In this document: in pieces, positions 51,849 to 61,700 of the stretch
Layout of the letters: every line of letters starts with the position of its first letter
Numbering within the stretch: position 1 is the stretch's first letter
Assembly (NCBI GenBank): GCA_964485445.1
Contig: CAZAJJ010000006.1
Location: 3,321 to 67,320 of the forward strand
Direction of reading: 5' to 3'
DNA length: 64,000 bases
Source: an uncultured Candidatus Saccharibacteria bacterium
GTDB taxonomy: Bacteria; Patescibacteriota; Saccharimonadia; Saccharimonadales; Saccharimonadaceae
The notes under the pieces: generated by a model
The model's database searches: none
What the model saw: only the letters and a program-made list of their open reading frames with translations
What the model was told of the DNA's origin: nothing
Translations under genes and position numbers: made by a program

Positions 51849-52793
51849 ATGCTGAAAAAAATCCTTTCGAGTTTCCTAGGAGTGGTGCTGGCGATAAACA
51901 TGGTCGCCAGCATTTCGGCGTCTGCGCTCGAGCGGGGAGATATCGTGTTCCAGCTGACGCCGGCGGAGCAAGAAATCGACCTGACGCCAGGACAGGAATT
52001 TACGGGGCAAGTGAAGGTGAAAAATACAGGAAGACTGGCGCTGACGGTGACGCCAAAGGTGAAGCCATTCCAGATGAAGGGCGAGAATTATGATCCAGAT
52101 TTCGCAACGGAAAATGCTTATACGAAGTTGCAGAATTGGGTGAGTTTTGAGCAGGCAGAGTATTATATTGAGCCGGGCGCGGAAGTGATAGTTCCCTATC
52201 ATGTGCAAGTGCCGTTAGATGTGCCAGGGGGCGGTCAGTATGCGGCGGTGGTTATTGAGACGAGAGATGGGATTGAAGAGGGGGCAACGTTTCAGACCGT
52301 GAGTCAGCTAGCGAGTTTGGTTTATGCGCATGTGGCGGGCGAAGAGCACGTGGGTGGAGTGCTGCTCACGCATAGTTTGCCGAAATTTTTGCTCGGGGCG
52401 CCGTTTTCAGCGAAAGCGCGGGTAAAAAATGACGGAAACGTGGATTTTCGGTTTCAGCAGACTTTGACGATTTATGATTTCTTTACAGGACATGAGGTTT
52501 TGACGCCGGACGCGGTGACGGGCGATGGAAAGACGCCAGGAAAGGCTTCACCGATTGTGTTACCAGAGACGGAACGAGCGAGCACGCTGACCTGGGAAGG
52601 GGCGCCGCAACTAGGGGTATTTCGGGCGGTGCAGACGATCAGTTTTCTCGATCAGGAGTATAGCTTTGAGCAAATTGTGTTTATTTGTCCGATTTGGCTG
52701 GCGGGGGTGGTGGTATTTTTGATTGGGCTGATGGTGCTATGGCTGGTTCTGAGGATCCGCAAGCGACGACGCGAGAGGCCACAGGTTTTGTAG
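51849..52793 (+). CDS. Cell-surface protein with DUF916/DUF3324-like architecture and C-terminal TM anchor
   Basis: Signal peptide, two beta domains (VPGGGQYAAVVIET; ARVKNDGNVDF), TM WLAGVVVFLIGLMVLWLVL and basic tail RIRKRRRER. Starts 3 nt after the WxL-like gene. Confidence 0.75.
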   Translation: MLKKILSSFLGVVLAINMVASISASALERGDIVFQLTPAEQEIDLTPGQEFTGQVKVKNTGRLALTVTPKVKPFQMKGENYDPDFATENAYTKLQNWVSFEQAEYYIEPGAEVIVPYHVQVPLDVPGGGQYAAVVIETRDGIEEGATFQTVSQLASLVYAHVAGEEHVGGVLLTHSLPKFLLGAPFSAKARVKNDGNVDFRFQQTLTIYDFFTGHEVLTPDAVTGDGKTPGKASPIVLPETERASTLTWEGAPQLGVFRAVQTISFLDQEYSFEQIVFICPIWLAGVVVFLIGLMVLWLVLRIRKRRRERPQVL

Positions 52794-52930
52794 ATTTTTG
52801 GCGGCGTTGGGCGATATTTTGGATGAATAGATTTATAGTGGTCTGGGATGATTTCGGGATTTTAGGCGAATTTAGGTTGATTCCGGATATTTTTTGAATA
52901 TACGCAATACGCTTATGGCAACTACAGATA

Positions 52931-52966
52931 AAACAAACCACCCCGAGAGATGAGGTGGATTGTTTT
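52931..52966. terminator. Bidirectional terminator hairpin
   Basis: aaacaaaccacc...ggtggattgttt (one mismatch) with T-runs on both strands. Confidence 0.6.
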
Positions 52967-52994
52967 GTACCTAAATATATATCGACGTGCCAGA

Positions 52995-53204
52995 CTAAGC
53001 AGCTTTTTTCTTGAGAGTAAGGAAGCCGTTACGGGGATTTTCATTGACAACACGGTCTTCAGGAAGATCGCAGGGAGTGCCTTTGCTGCCTTCGGCAGTT
53101 TTGGTGAAGAAATAAATCGTTTGTGGCTTGCCGCCGCGCAAAGTAACTTCCTTCTTGTGCAGATAGTAGGTGACGCCTTTACTGTTAGTATGTTCGTAGG
53201 CCAT
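52995..53204 (-). CDS. Small hypothetical protein (69 aa)
   Basis: AAGGAGGG SD. Promoter TTGACG-N17-TAATAT upstream. Sequence begins MAYEHTNSKGVTYYLHKKEVTLRGGKPQTIYFF. Confidence 0.6.
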   Translation of the reverse strand: MAYEHTNSKGVTYYLHKKEVTLRGGKPQTIYFFTKTAEGSKGTPCDLPEDRVVNENPRNGFLTLKKKAA

Positions 53205-53291
53205 TAGGTCCCTCCTTAAGTTATTATATCTCTATATTATGCTAGATTATCTTGAGCGTCAAGGGTTTTCTTGAGAGAAATACCGAGAAAA

Positions 53292-53999
53292 TTATTTATG
53301 CTTATCAAGAAAGATAAGAGCGATGCTGAGAATACACCAAACGACGAAACGGATCACGAGAATCGCGATCAGAATTAGACTAGCGATGATGGCAAGGCCG
53401 GCCCACGTGAAGGTCCAAATAGGCGAAGCGAAGTTTCGGCGGTAGAGTTCAGTAGGAGGGATATTGGCGGTGAGATTTGCGTCTAAATTGTCACTAGCGG
53501 GGTATTTGGCGAGTTCGCTAGTCCAACAGTCAAGATAGCCAGGACTATTCCAAGACCAACCATTTGAGATCGCGAGCGGGCGACAGATGGCGGAAACGGC
53601 GGCATAAATATTGCCGTTGGGATTATGATCGTCGGAAAGTTCAGATTCAGCGGCCTCAATAGCGGCGTTGGCAGCGCGACGATACTGGTTTTCGAGGTAG
53701 AAGGGGCCGGTGCCAAAAACGATGGACTGGACGCCGTTAGACTCGACGACGTTGATAACGGTGTGAGTAAAAACGAAATCCTGGAGAGTTTGCAGGCTGC
53801 TAGAGAGAGCCGCTTCATCGCCAGAAGCATCCGCTTCAAGCACGGCAGTGCGAAGTTGGACCATTTTCAGATGATCAAAGCGAAGAAGAGTAGCAGTAAG
53901 AAAGAGAAGTGGGATGAGAATCAAGAGAAGTTGCCAACTGCGGACCGACGCAAAAGTGCGCAAGGCTTGACGAAGATGATTTTTACGTTTGCCACCCAT
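53292..53999 (-). CDS. Hypothetical membrane protein (N- and C-terminal TM helices)
   Basis: 235-aa ORF. No recognisable domain. Confidence 0.55.
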   Translation of the reverse strand: MGGKRKNHLRQALRTFASVRSWQLLLILIPLLFLTATLLRFDHLKMVQLRTAVLEADASGDEAALSSSLQTLQDFVFTHTVINVVESNGVQSIVFGTGPFYLENQYRRAANAAIEAAESELSDDHNPNGNIYAAVSAICRPLAISNGWSWNSPGYLDCWTSELAKYPASDNLDANLTANIPPTELYRRNFASPIWTFTWAGLAIIASLILIAILVIRFVVWCILSIALIFLDKHK

Positions 54000-54133
54000 A
54001 GATTATATATATTGTAGCATATTTTGGTTATGGTTGGAGAGAATATTAAGTGAGTAGCACTTATAAGTGGAGAGCATTTTTTGGAAAGAGGTGAACTTTT
54101 TTGGGAAGGGATATGAACAGACAAAGGTGAATG

Positions 54134-54142
54134 TGGTATAAT
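54134..54142 (+). promoter_or_regulatory. Extended -10 (TGGTATAAT) 6 nt from murC ATG
   Basis: TG at 54134-54135, hexamer at 54137-54142, ATG at 54149. Confidence 0.55.
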
Positions 54143-54148
54143 CGAATC

Positions 54149-55471
54149 ATGAAAATTTATATCTCGGGAATTTCAGGAACGGGGATGGGGCCGCTGGCTT
54201 TGATGGCGAAAAGCGCGGGAATGGAAGTGTTTGGTTCAGATCTAGCGGGTGGGGCGGTGACGAACGAACTCGTTAATAACGGAATTAAAGTTTATCTAGG
54301 TGAGCAAGATGGAGAATTTTTGAAGGCGCGAGCAAAGGATGAGGGGATCGACTGGTTTGTCTATACTTCAGCCTTACCAGAGAACCATCCGGAATTGCTA
54401 CTTGCCAAGAAAATGAAATTGAAAATCTCGAAGCGGGATGAATTTTTGAATTATTTGATTAAGAAGATGAAACTGAAATTAGTGGCGGTAGCGGGAACAC
54501 ACGGAAAAACTACGACGACGGCGATGATTGTGTGGCTGGCGCAAAATTTAGGGATGCCGCTTTCGTATAGCGTGGGGACAACTTTGCCGTTTGCGCCGGC
54601 AGGACGTTATGATCCGGATTCGGAGTCTTTCGTGTATGAAGCGGATGAATATGATCGGAATTTTTTGGCGTTTAAGCCGTGGTTAGCGGTAATTCCGACT
54701 TTGTCATATGATCATCCGGATATTTATCCGACAGAGGAAGAGTATCGGGAGGCTTTTCGGCAGTTTGAGAAGCAGAGCCGAGAAGTGGTACGAGGTGATG
54801 AAATTGATGCAGACTTGAGACTGGCGGGCGAGGCGAGAAGGTATGATGCAACTCTGGCGATTGATGTGATGGAGAGAATGCTGCCAAAACAAGGTAAATT
54901 AACTAAACTTCTGAAAAATCGTCACCAAAAATTAGTGAAAATCATGAACGAATTTCCGGGGGTGGGGCGAAGGTTTGAACAAGTTTCGGAAGGGTTTTAT
55001 TCGGATTACGCTCATCATCCAGAAGAAGTGAAAGCGACGATCGAAATCGCGTTAGAAGAGGCGCATCGGCGAGGATTAAAAGGCGTGGTTGCAGTTTATC
55101 AGCCACATCAAAATAGCCGACAGGCAGAACTGAAAGATGGGTATGCTGAGGTTTTTGAAGGAGTGAAAAAGATTTATTGGTTACCAACTTTCTTAGCGCG
55201 GGAAAATTCGAAGGTGAAAGTTTTAGAGCCGAAGGATTTTATTGAAGTTTTGAAAAATAAGAAAGACGCCGAGGCGGCCGAAATGGATGAGGAATTGGCG
55301 GAAAAACTAATTGAGTGGAAGAAAAAAGGCTATTTAGTGCTTTTGATGTCGGCAGGAACAGCGGATGGATGGCTGAGAAAAGTGGTTTTTCCGGGAAATC
55401 AAGAATCGGCGGCGGTGCAATTTGTGCATGCGCCAAGAACAACAGCCGAGGGGAGCGAGAGAGAAGAATAG
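54149..55471 (+). CDS. murC: UDP-N-acetylmuramate--L-alanine ligase (Mur ligase family; Mpl not excluded)
   Basis: MKIYISGISGTGMGPLA N-terminal Rossmann fold. VAVAGTHGKTTTTAMI P-loop. DEYDRNFL. Confidence 0.8.
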   Translation: MKIYISGISGTGMGPLALMAKSAGMEVFGSDLAGGAVTNELVNNGIKVYLGEQDGEFLKARAKDEGIDWFVYTSALPENHPELLLAKKMKLKISKRDEFLNYLIKKMKLKLVAVAGTHGKTTTTAMIVWLAQNLGMPLSYSVGTTLPFAPAGRYDPDSESFVYEADEYDRNFLAFKPWLAVIPTLSYDHPDIYPTEEEYREAFRQFEKQSREVVRGDEIDADLRLAGEARRYDATLAIDVMERMLPKQGKLTKLLKNRHQKLVKIMNEFPGVGRRFEQVSEGFYSDYAHHPEEVKATIEIALEEAHRRGLKGVVAVYQPHQNSRQAELKDGYAEVFEGVKKIYWLPTFLARENSKVKVLEPKDFIEVLKNKKDAEAAEMDEELAEKLIEWKKKGYLVLLMSAGTADGWLRKVVFPGNQESAAVQFVHAPRTTAEGSEREE

Positions 55472-55501
55472 GGTTTCGGGCAGCTTTGCCTTTGTTCGTG
55501 A

Positions 55502-55867
55502 CTATTCTGGATTTTCTGGTTCTGAATCCGCGTCCGGTGCGATGCCGAGAGACTCATCGGAAAGCGGGTCGGGGGCATAAGGATCAGAAAATTCGTTCAA
55601 ACGATCAGTGACACGCTGTAATTCTTTCAGATATTCGTCGAGTTCGGAGCGGTCAATCGGGCCAGTTTCCGGGAAGACAAAATTAACAGCTTCAGGCTCG
55701 CTAGTAGCTTCTTCTTCGTCCGGTAGATAACCGGGGCGCGAGCGATCGAGATAAATATCGCCGGTGGCGCGATAAATCGCTAAGCTCACTCCGGTAGTAA
55801 AAATGGAGAAGCCAAGGGCGCCGATACCTAGAATAATTAAATTGCGGCCGCCGCGAGTCATACTCAT
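55502..55867 (-). CDS. Hypothetical single-TM protein with acidic C-terminal tail
   Basis: 121 aa. ATGA overlap with the upstream gene. Confidence 0.55.
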   Translation of the reverse strand: MSMTRGGRNLIILGIGALGFSIFTTGVSLAIYRATGDIYLDRSRPGYLPDEEEATSEPEAVNFVFPETGPIDRSELDEYLKELQRVTDRLNEFSDPYAPDPLSDESLGIAPDADSEPENPE

Positions 55868-56373
55868 AGGGAGTCCCTCAGTTTAACAACAGCTTGATAT
55901 TGTTGGTTGGCTAGACTAGTAAGCTGATTAGTCGCGAGGCGCAGGGTTTCTCGACGAGTACGCACGACCAATAATTGTTCATAAAAATGCTCGGGTTCTT
56001 CATGACAGTCGATAGAGATAAGGCTTTCTAGCTCGCGCATATAATTAGTATAGGATTCGCGAAATTGATTTTGGCTGAGGCTAAAATCGGTTTGGATATT
56101 TGATAAGGTCGGAAGATTATTTTTGACTAGGCGAAGGTTAAGTGGGGTGATAAATTTGTTGCTGATAGTTTCATAGGTTGTACCAAGATAAGTACGAGCG
56201 CGAGAATCAACTTTTTGAAGCTGATGAAGAGACTGTTTGATAGTGAGACAATTCTGAGAAATGGTACTATATTTAATATCAGGTTCGTTCGTGGCGCGAA
56301 CTGAATATCCGGAAACCAGAGTTAATGCCAAAGCACAAGATAAAATACCGAGAGATCGTAAAATCTTAATCAT
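55864..56373 (-). CDS. Hypothetical secreted protein
   Basis: Signal peptide MIKILRSLGILSCALALTLVSGYSVRA from ATG 56373 (alternative ATG 56388). Longer ORF-track forms overlap the upstream gene. Confidence 0.5.
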   Translation of the reverse strand: MIKILRSLGILSCALALTLVSGYSVRATNEPDIKYSTISQNCLTIKQSLHQLQKVDSRARTYLGTTYETISNKFITPLNLRLVKNNLPTLSNIQTDFSLSQNQFRESYTNYMRELESLISIDCHEEPEHFYEQLLVVRTRRETLRLATNQLTSLANQQYQAVVKLRDSL

Positions 56374-57415
56374 TTTTGAATAATCCATTATGTTTTTTGC
56401 CGTCGTAAATTGTAATCGGGATACCTTTGGCATGAAGTTTGGATTCGACCATTTCGGAAACTGCAGCCATAATATCGGTAACTTCGGAACTACTCGCCGC
56501 TTCGGAAATCGCGGAAATTTCCTTCTTGCTGGCGCCAAAATCTTTGAGCCAGGATTTCAGCAAGGCTTCGGCGTCAGCGGAAGAAAGCGAAGCCAAAGTC
56601 GATTGATAGTTAATACCATCGGAGCCGCTTTCGGTAAAAAGACGATTTAGCATGGCGGGAGCATAATTTAAATCAAGATGTAAAATAGCATAGAAATAGC
56701 GGGCGAACAGGTCGGAATTTGGGAACTTGGGCGTGCCGTCGGGAAGTTTAATTACATAAACGACCGGAACAACATTATATTCGGAGAAGAAATTGCTGGA
56801 TTTTTGGTTGCGGTAACTTTGCATACAAACAATACAGCCAGGGTCAAAAACATCTATGGCAAGCGGACGACCATCAGCATAAGGTTCAGCGAAAGTATAA
56901 GGTTCGACTAGATAATCTTCAAGGTTAATCTTCTGAATACGATCAGGAATATTAGAAAAGATTTCACCCCATTCAGAAAACCAGCGCCCAACCCATTCAA
57001 CGGGATTACGAGGCTCAGCAGCGTCAATACCGCAAACCTCGGCACCGAGCGCACAACTAGCGGGCTGAGAAACATTGCAAGTGCCAAAAACCCAAATAGC
57101 AAGAAGCGCTTTAATCGACTCAACGAGCGACCAAATCGTAATAAAAACAATGAGAACTGCGCTGACTTCGATAGCCGTGCCGAGTGGTTTGACCCAGCGA
57201 GGATGTTTCAGAACAACTCTACTAAGCAAAGAGTTTTTAACGTCATCCTTGAAGTTAGTTTCACATTTTTGAAGACGAATCTTCTTGCCAACACAGCCCC
57301 AAGCCTTCTTGAAAACAGCCCAATATTTGCGGCCGATGTCGCGACGAAAAATGCTTAAGAAAGCAACAAAGACTCCAACAAGACAAAGAATAATAAAGGC
57401 AGCAACACAGACCAT
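56366..57415 (-). CDS. Membrane-anchored thiol-disulfide oxidoreductase-like protein (CxxC thioredoxin fold)
   Basis: N-terminal TM region with paired Cys (GTCNVSQPASCALGAEVCG). C-terminal DsbA-like domain with DPGCIVCMQSY. Confidence 0.6.
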   Translation of the reverse strand: MVCVAAFIILCLVGVFVAFLSIFRRDIGRKYWAVFKKAWGCVGKKIRLQKCETNFKDDVKNSLLSRVVLKHPRWVKPLGTAIEVSAVLIVFITIWSLVESIKALLAIWVFGTCNVSQPASCALGAEVCGIDAAEPRNPVEWVGRWFSEWGEIFSNIPDRIQKINLEDYLVEPYTFAEPYADGRPLAIDVFDPGCIVCMQSYRNQKSSNFFSEYNVVPVVYVIKLPDGTPKFPNSDLFARYFYAILHLDLNYAPAMLNRLFTESGSDGINYQSTLASLSSADAEALLKSWLKDFGASKKEISAISEAASSSEVTDIMAAVSEMVESKLHAKGIPITIYDGKKHNGLFKND

Positions 57416-57474
57416 GGTTTCATTATACTCTGTGCAAAAATAATGCGCAAGAGGAGGAAAGAATTAAGAACAGA

Positions 57475-59226
57475 CTAGTCTTCGGAAACGACGGCGATAT
57501 GAGCGTCGGAAAGTTGTTGGTCATCGACTTGAGATGGAGATTCCATCATAAGATCGACACCGGAGCCATTCTTCGGAAAAGCAACGATATCGCGGATGCT
57601 CTTCGTATCAAGAAGTTCCATAAGTAAGCGATCAATGCCAAAGGCGCAACCGGCGTGAGGGGGAGCACCGAATTGAAAAGCATGCAAGAGCCCGCTAAAA
57701 CGGCGCTCAACTTCGGCGCGAGAATAACCAAGAATACCAAAGGCTTCGTAGGTAATTTCGGGATCATAGTTACGCACGGCACCAGAACAAAGTTCAAGAC
57801 CATTGATGGCCATGTCGTATTGATCGGCAATAATGTCGAGTTTGTTCTCGGTCTCGCGGAGAGCCTGCAAGCCACCGCGCGGCAAAGAGAAAGGATTATG
57901 ACAGAAATCAATTTTGCCAGTAGCTTCATCCAATTCGTAGAGCGGGAAATCGATAATCCAACAAAGAGCAACTTTTTGCGAATCCTTCAAACCAAGAGCG
58001 TCGGCAAAAGCGATACGCATAACACCAAGGACTTTATTGACTTTTTGACGAGAATCAGCGCCAAAGAAAATAGCGTCGCCATCTTGCGCTGCGGTGAGTG
58101 TGCGAATCTGCGCGAGTTCTTCAGGTTTAAGGAATTTAGCAACCGGACCACGAGCCGTATCGCCTTCACAGATCAGATAGGCTAAACCGCCAGCACCGTT
58201 TTTGCGGGCGAGTTCCGTAAAATCATCAATTTGCTTGCGAGTAAATTTACTGCCGCCAGGGACACGAATGGCTTTTACGCAAGGAGTTTGAAAAACTTTG
58301 AACTCACAATTCTGAAGAGCCGTAGTTAAGTCAATTAGTTCAAGGCCGTAGCGCAGATCTGGCTTGTCGGTACCATATTTTTCCATCGCATCATGATAAG
58401 TGATGCGCGGAACTTCATCGGTAATTAATTCTTTGCCGGCAAATTCGGTAACAAGTTTTTTGATCAGCGGTTCCATCATCGTACGGACAACTTCGCCATC
58501 ATCAACAAAGGACATTTCCATGTCGAGTTGGTAAAAGTCACCATAAAGACGATCAGCGCGTGGATCTTCATCACGGAAGCAAGGGGCGATTTGGTAATAG
58601 CGCGGAACGCCACCAACCATCAAAAGTTGTTTGAACTGCTGGGGGGCCTGAGGGAGAGCGTAAAACTCGCCAGGATGGAGACGAGACGGAACGATAAAAT
58701 CGCGCGCACCTTCGGGTGAAGAGTTAGCCAAGATCGGAGTCGTAACTTCAATAAAATCATGTTCATCCATGTAACTACGCATCACCCGATAAAACTCGGC
58801 ACGGCGGCGTAAAATATTTTGCATAGAGGGACGACGAAGATCGAGATAACGATATTTAAGGCGGAGTTCTTCGCTGGACTGGTCGCCTTCATCGTGAGTG
58901 TTGATCGGCAGAGGGGCGGATTTATTGATTAACTTTAGCTCAGAGACGACGACTTCAAGATCACCGGTGGGCAGATTAGGGTTTTTCAGTTCGGGGGCGC
59001 GCTCGCGAACTATACCAGTGGCAGAGATAACATATTCGTCGCGGAGGCTTTCGGCGATTTGAAAAGCATCCTGAGTATCGGGAGTGATGACTAATTGAAT
59101 AATTCCAGTGTGATCCCGCAGATCGATAAAGATGAGTCCGCCATGATCTCGGCGAGAATTAACCCAACCAGAGAGATAAACTTCTTGGCCAATTTGGTTT
59201 TGCAGGTTTTGCGATAAACTTCTCAT
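57475..59226 (-). CDS. aspS: Aspartate--tRNA ligase
   Basis: OB-fold N-terminus plus class II motifs (FRDEDPRADR, GGLELCSGAVR, PPHAGCAFGIDRL). 583 aa. Confidence 0.95.
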   Translation of the reverse strand: MRSLSQNLQNQIGQEVYLSGWVNSRRDHGGLIFIDLRDHTGIIQLVITPDTQDAFQIAESLRDEYVISATGIVRERAPELKNPNLPTGDLEVVVSELKLINKSAPLPINTHDEGDQSSEELRLKYRYLDLRRPSMQNILRRRAEFYRVMRSYMDEHDFIEVTTPILANSSPEGARDFIVPSRLHPGEFYALPQAPQQFKQLLMVGGVPRYYQIAPCFRDEDPRADRLYGDFYQLDMEMSFVDDGEVVRTMMEPLIKKLVTEFAGKELITDEVPRITYHDAMEKYGTDKPDLRYGLELIDLTTALQNCEFKVFQTPCVKAIRVPGGSKFTRKQIDDFTELARKNGAGGLAYLICEGDTARGPVAKFLKPEELAQIRTLTAAQDGDAIFFGADSRQKVNKVLGVMRIAFADALGLKDSQKVALCWIIDFPLYELDEATGKIDFCHNPFSLPRGGLQALRETENKLDIIADQYDMAINGLELCSGAVRNYDPEITYEAFGILGYSRAEVERRFSGLLHAFQFGAPPHAGCAFGIDRLLMELLDTKSIRDIVAFPKNGSGVDLMMESPSQVDDQQLSDAHIAVVSED

Positions 59227-59233
59227 AGATTTT

Positions 59234-59242
59234 ATTATAGCA
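59234..59242 (-). promoter_or_regulatory. Extended -10 (TGCTATAAT) 7 nt from aspS ATG
   Basis: attatagca at 59234-59242. ATG at 59226-59224. Confidence 0.55.
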
Positions 59243-59297
59243 CAAAATAGGCATTTCGGTACGTCAAAATCTTAACCTTGAAGAAGGTTATGCTTCC

Positions 59298-59326
59298 ATA
59301 ATAGCACACCATAAGCTTTTTGTCAA
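59298..59326 (-). promoter_or_regulatory. Distal promoter (TTGACA-N17-TGCTATTAT) upstream of aspS
   Basis: -35 at 59321-59326, -10 at 59298-59303. Confidence 0.6.
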
Positions 59327-59329
59327 TAG

Positions 59330-61057
59330 CTAGGGCGTACGATTCTTTTCGGTACGATTAACTGCCCAATATTCAACATCAACGAAACGGTCCGTAGCAT
59401 AGACTAAACGATCATCTTCAGAAAAAGTTCGGACATTTTTATTAAAACAATAGACTAGGCTGGCTTGATAAATACCAATAGCGGGAACATCGGTGACCCA
59501 CTGGCGGAGGAAAGTTTCATATTTAGCGACGCGAAGAGCTTCATTAAGAGTGCCACGAGCGGCTAGAATCGAATCATCAACGAGAGTATTGTGATAATTA
59601 GAAAGATTAAGTCCAGAAGCAGAGGCTTGGGAAGAATGGTAATAAGCGAAGAGATCAGGGTCAGCACCAAGCTCGATTTCGTAGAGAAGAATATCATAGT
59701 TGCGAGGACGAATTACGTTAATCAAAAACTCTTGACCGGCGTCGTAAATCGAAAGATTAACTTTAAAGCCAAGGCGCTCGAGTTGTGTTTTAAACTCGCC
59801 GGCCAGAGCGGGGAGGTAACCGGTATTGATAGTGGCGAGACTAAGTTCTTGCTCGACGACACCGCTAGCGTTAATGCGGTCCTGAGCGACTTCGAGATTA
59901 TAGGCGGGGATAGCTGGATAATCATTGAGCTTAATTTCGGATTTCAGAATGGGATAATCTAGAGCTTCTTCGCCATCTAAGACGGAACGGACTTGACTAA
60001 TGTTGATTCCCTGTTGAATAGCTTGACGAACTTCTATACTAGAGAGAAGCGGGCTAGTGGTATTAAGAAAAGCGAAGACGCCATTAGCTAGAGTGGTTTG
60101 TTTTTCATAAATTGTACCAGTGAGAAGCTCAGTATCAAGAGCAGACAGCTCAGCAGTAGCAGTGACTTCGCCACTTGAAAGGGCTTCGGCAATATCGGAA
60201 GTAGTAGGATAGCTATGGATAGCAAAAGTACTAAGCAGAGGTAGGCCTTTATAATAATTAGGATTAGATGTAAGATAAATAAGTTTTTCACCGGTGGCAG
60301 TGAGATTTTGAGAGGCGTTAAAAACGAATGCGCCGGAAGTGATAGGGTTGGTACTAAAACTATGCTCAAGGAGCTTCGTATTAGGCACCTCGGCAAGAAT
60401 ATGAGCAGGAAGAATAGGGATATTAAGCGTGGCGGCAAAATCAGCATAACTAGATGGAAGAGTGAAGACTAAGGTTTGGTCGATAGCCTCAACTTTTACA
60501 CCGGAAAAATTCGAGGAATAAATCGTATTAACGGCGGGATCTTTTGTGAGATTAATGGTATAGATTACATCCTGAATAGTGATAGGTTCGCCATCGGACC
60601 ACTTAAGGTCGTCTTTCAGGGTGACAGACCAAACTTTGCCGGTTTCATCCGGCACAATAGAAGCGGCGAGACCAAGACCGACGTGTCCAGAATAATCAAT
60701 CGTAGATAAAGTAGAAAACATCAACTTCGAAAGCGTACGTTCGCTACTAGTCGAAGCAAAAAGGGGATTCAATGAATTAACATTGCCAATAGTGGCTTCA
60801 ATGTAAGTACCACCAGCAGCATAGGCTTCAGTAGAATAGGATTCACGATACCAAAAAGCCTGAGTAAGAGCTAGGGAAGTGATTACGATAACCAAAAGTC
60901 CCCACTCCAAAATTAGAAGACGAACCCGACGAGCATTCGGCAGACGACTAATAAGATTCTCGCGAATATGCTCACGACTGCCCTCTTTGGCTTGAGCGGA
61001 AAAGTTTTCAAGTTTTTTTGCGATTTTTTGCCCACGCTTTTTGATTTTTTGCTTCAT
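59330..61057 (-). CDS. ABC transporter substrate-binding protein, family 5 (peptide/nickel type), membrane anchored
   Basis: N-terminal TM anchor plus an SBP_bac_5-like fold (WSDGEPIT, YYKG, NYDILLYE). Confidence 0.75.
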   Translation of the reverse strand: MKQKIKKRGQKIAKKLENFSAQAKEGSREHIRENLISRLPNARRVRLLILEWGLLVIVITSLALTQAFWYRESYSTEAYAAGGTYIEATIGNVNSLNPLFASTSSERTLSKLMFSTLSTIDYSGHVGLGLAASIVPDETGKVWSVTLKDDLKWSDGEPITIQDVIYTINLTKDPAVNTIYSSNFSGVKVEAIDQTLVFTLPSSYADFAATLNIPILPAHILAEVPNTKLLEHSFSTNPITSGAFVFNASQNLTATGEKLIYLTSNPNYYKGLPLLSTFAIHSYPTTSDIAEALSSGEVTATAELSALDTELLTGTIYEKQTTLANGVFAFLNTTSPLLSSIEVRQAIQQGINISQVRSVLDGEEALDYPILKSEIKLNDYPAIPAYNLEVAQDRINASGVVEQELSLATINTGYLPALAGEFKTQLERLGFKVNLSIYDAGQEFLINVIRPRNYDILLYEIELGADPDLFAYYHSSQASASGLNLSNYHNTLVDDSILAARGTLNEALRVAKYETFLRQWVTDVPAIGIYQASLVYCFNKNVRTFSEDDRLVYATDRFVDVEYWAVNRTEKNRTP

Positions 61058-61066
61058 ACTAAAATT

Positions 61067-61294
61067 TTAAGCAGGGATTAATAACAGGCTTAAGATTGAT
61101 AAAACGAAGACGAGAACGCAGACGATCGTAGTATTAAACAATGAACGTTCCAAGCCGCGGCGAGTAGTGTAGAGTTCGCCGGAGCTACCGAAACCAGCGC
61201 CGAGCGAAGCACCTCTTTGTTGCAATAAAATCAAAAGGATAGTTAGAATAGCTGACACGAAAGTGACACTTTGTAAAAATGTTCCCAATTCCAT
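61067..61294 (-). CDS. secG: Preprotein translocase subunit SecG
   Basis: 75 aa with two TM helices and the LLQQRGASLGAGFG motif. Confidence 0.8.
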   Translation of the reverse strand: MELGTFLQSVTFVSAILTILLILLQQRGASLGAGFGSSGELYTTRRGLERSLFNTTIVCVLVFVLSILSLLLIPA

Positions 61295-61333
61295 GTCCCT
61301 ATTATACGTCGAGAAGCACAGAAAAACAAGGCG

Positions 61334-61696
61334 TTAGATGAAAAAACTCAAAAAGGCGTTAATCACGCTCATGATAAGGCTAGAAATAAAGGCACCCCAG
61401 AGATCCATCTCGACACCTGGAACGAGGTAAATCGTTAGAGCAAACATAGCAGTGTTGATAATTAAAGTAGAAATACCTAGTGTAATAATCGCAAAGGGAA
61501 GAGCGAGGGTTTTAATCACCGGCTTAATGACGGAGTTAATAATAGAAAAGATCAAGCCAGCAACAACATAAACAAGCCAAGGCTCCGAAAAGGCCTCAGT
61601 GGAAGTAATATGTCCAAAACGCGTAATACAGAGCCACATACCAGCGCTAGTGGCGGCCCAACGGATAAGAAAAACGAAGACTTGCTTTTTGATCAT
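61334..61696 (-). CDS. Phage-holin-family-4 / YvlD-like small membrane protein
   Basis: 120 aa with four TM segments and the GVEMDLWGAFISSLIMSVIN pattern. TGCTAAAAT 6 nt from the ATG. Confidence 0.6.
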   Translation of the reverse strand: MIKKQVFVFLIRWAATSAGMWLCITRFGHITSTEAFSEPWLVYVVAGLIFSIINSVIKPVIKTLALPFAIITLGISTLIINTAMFALTIYLVPGVEMDLWGAFISSLIMSVINAFLSFFI

Positions 61697-61700
61697 GGTT

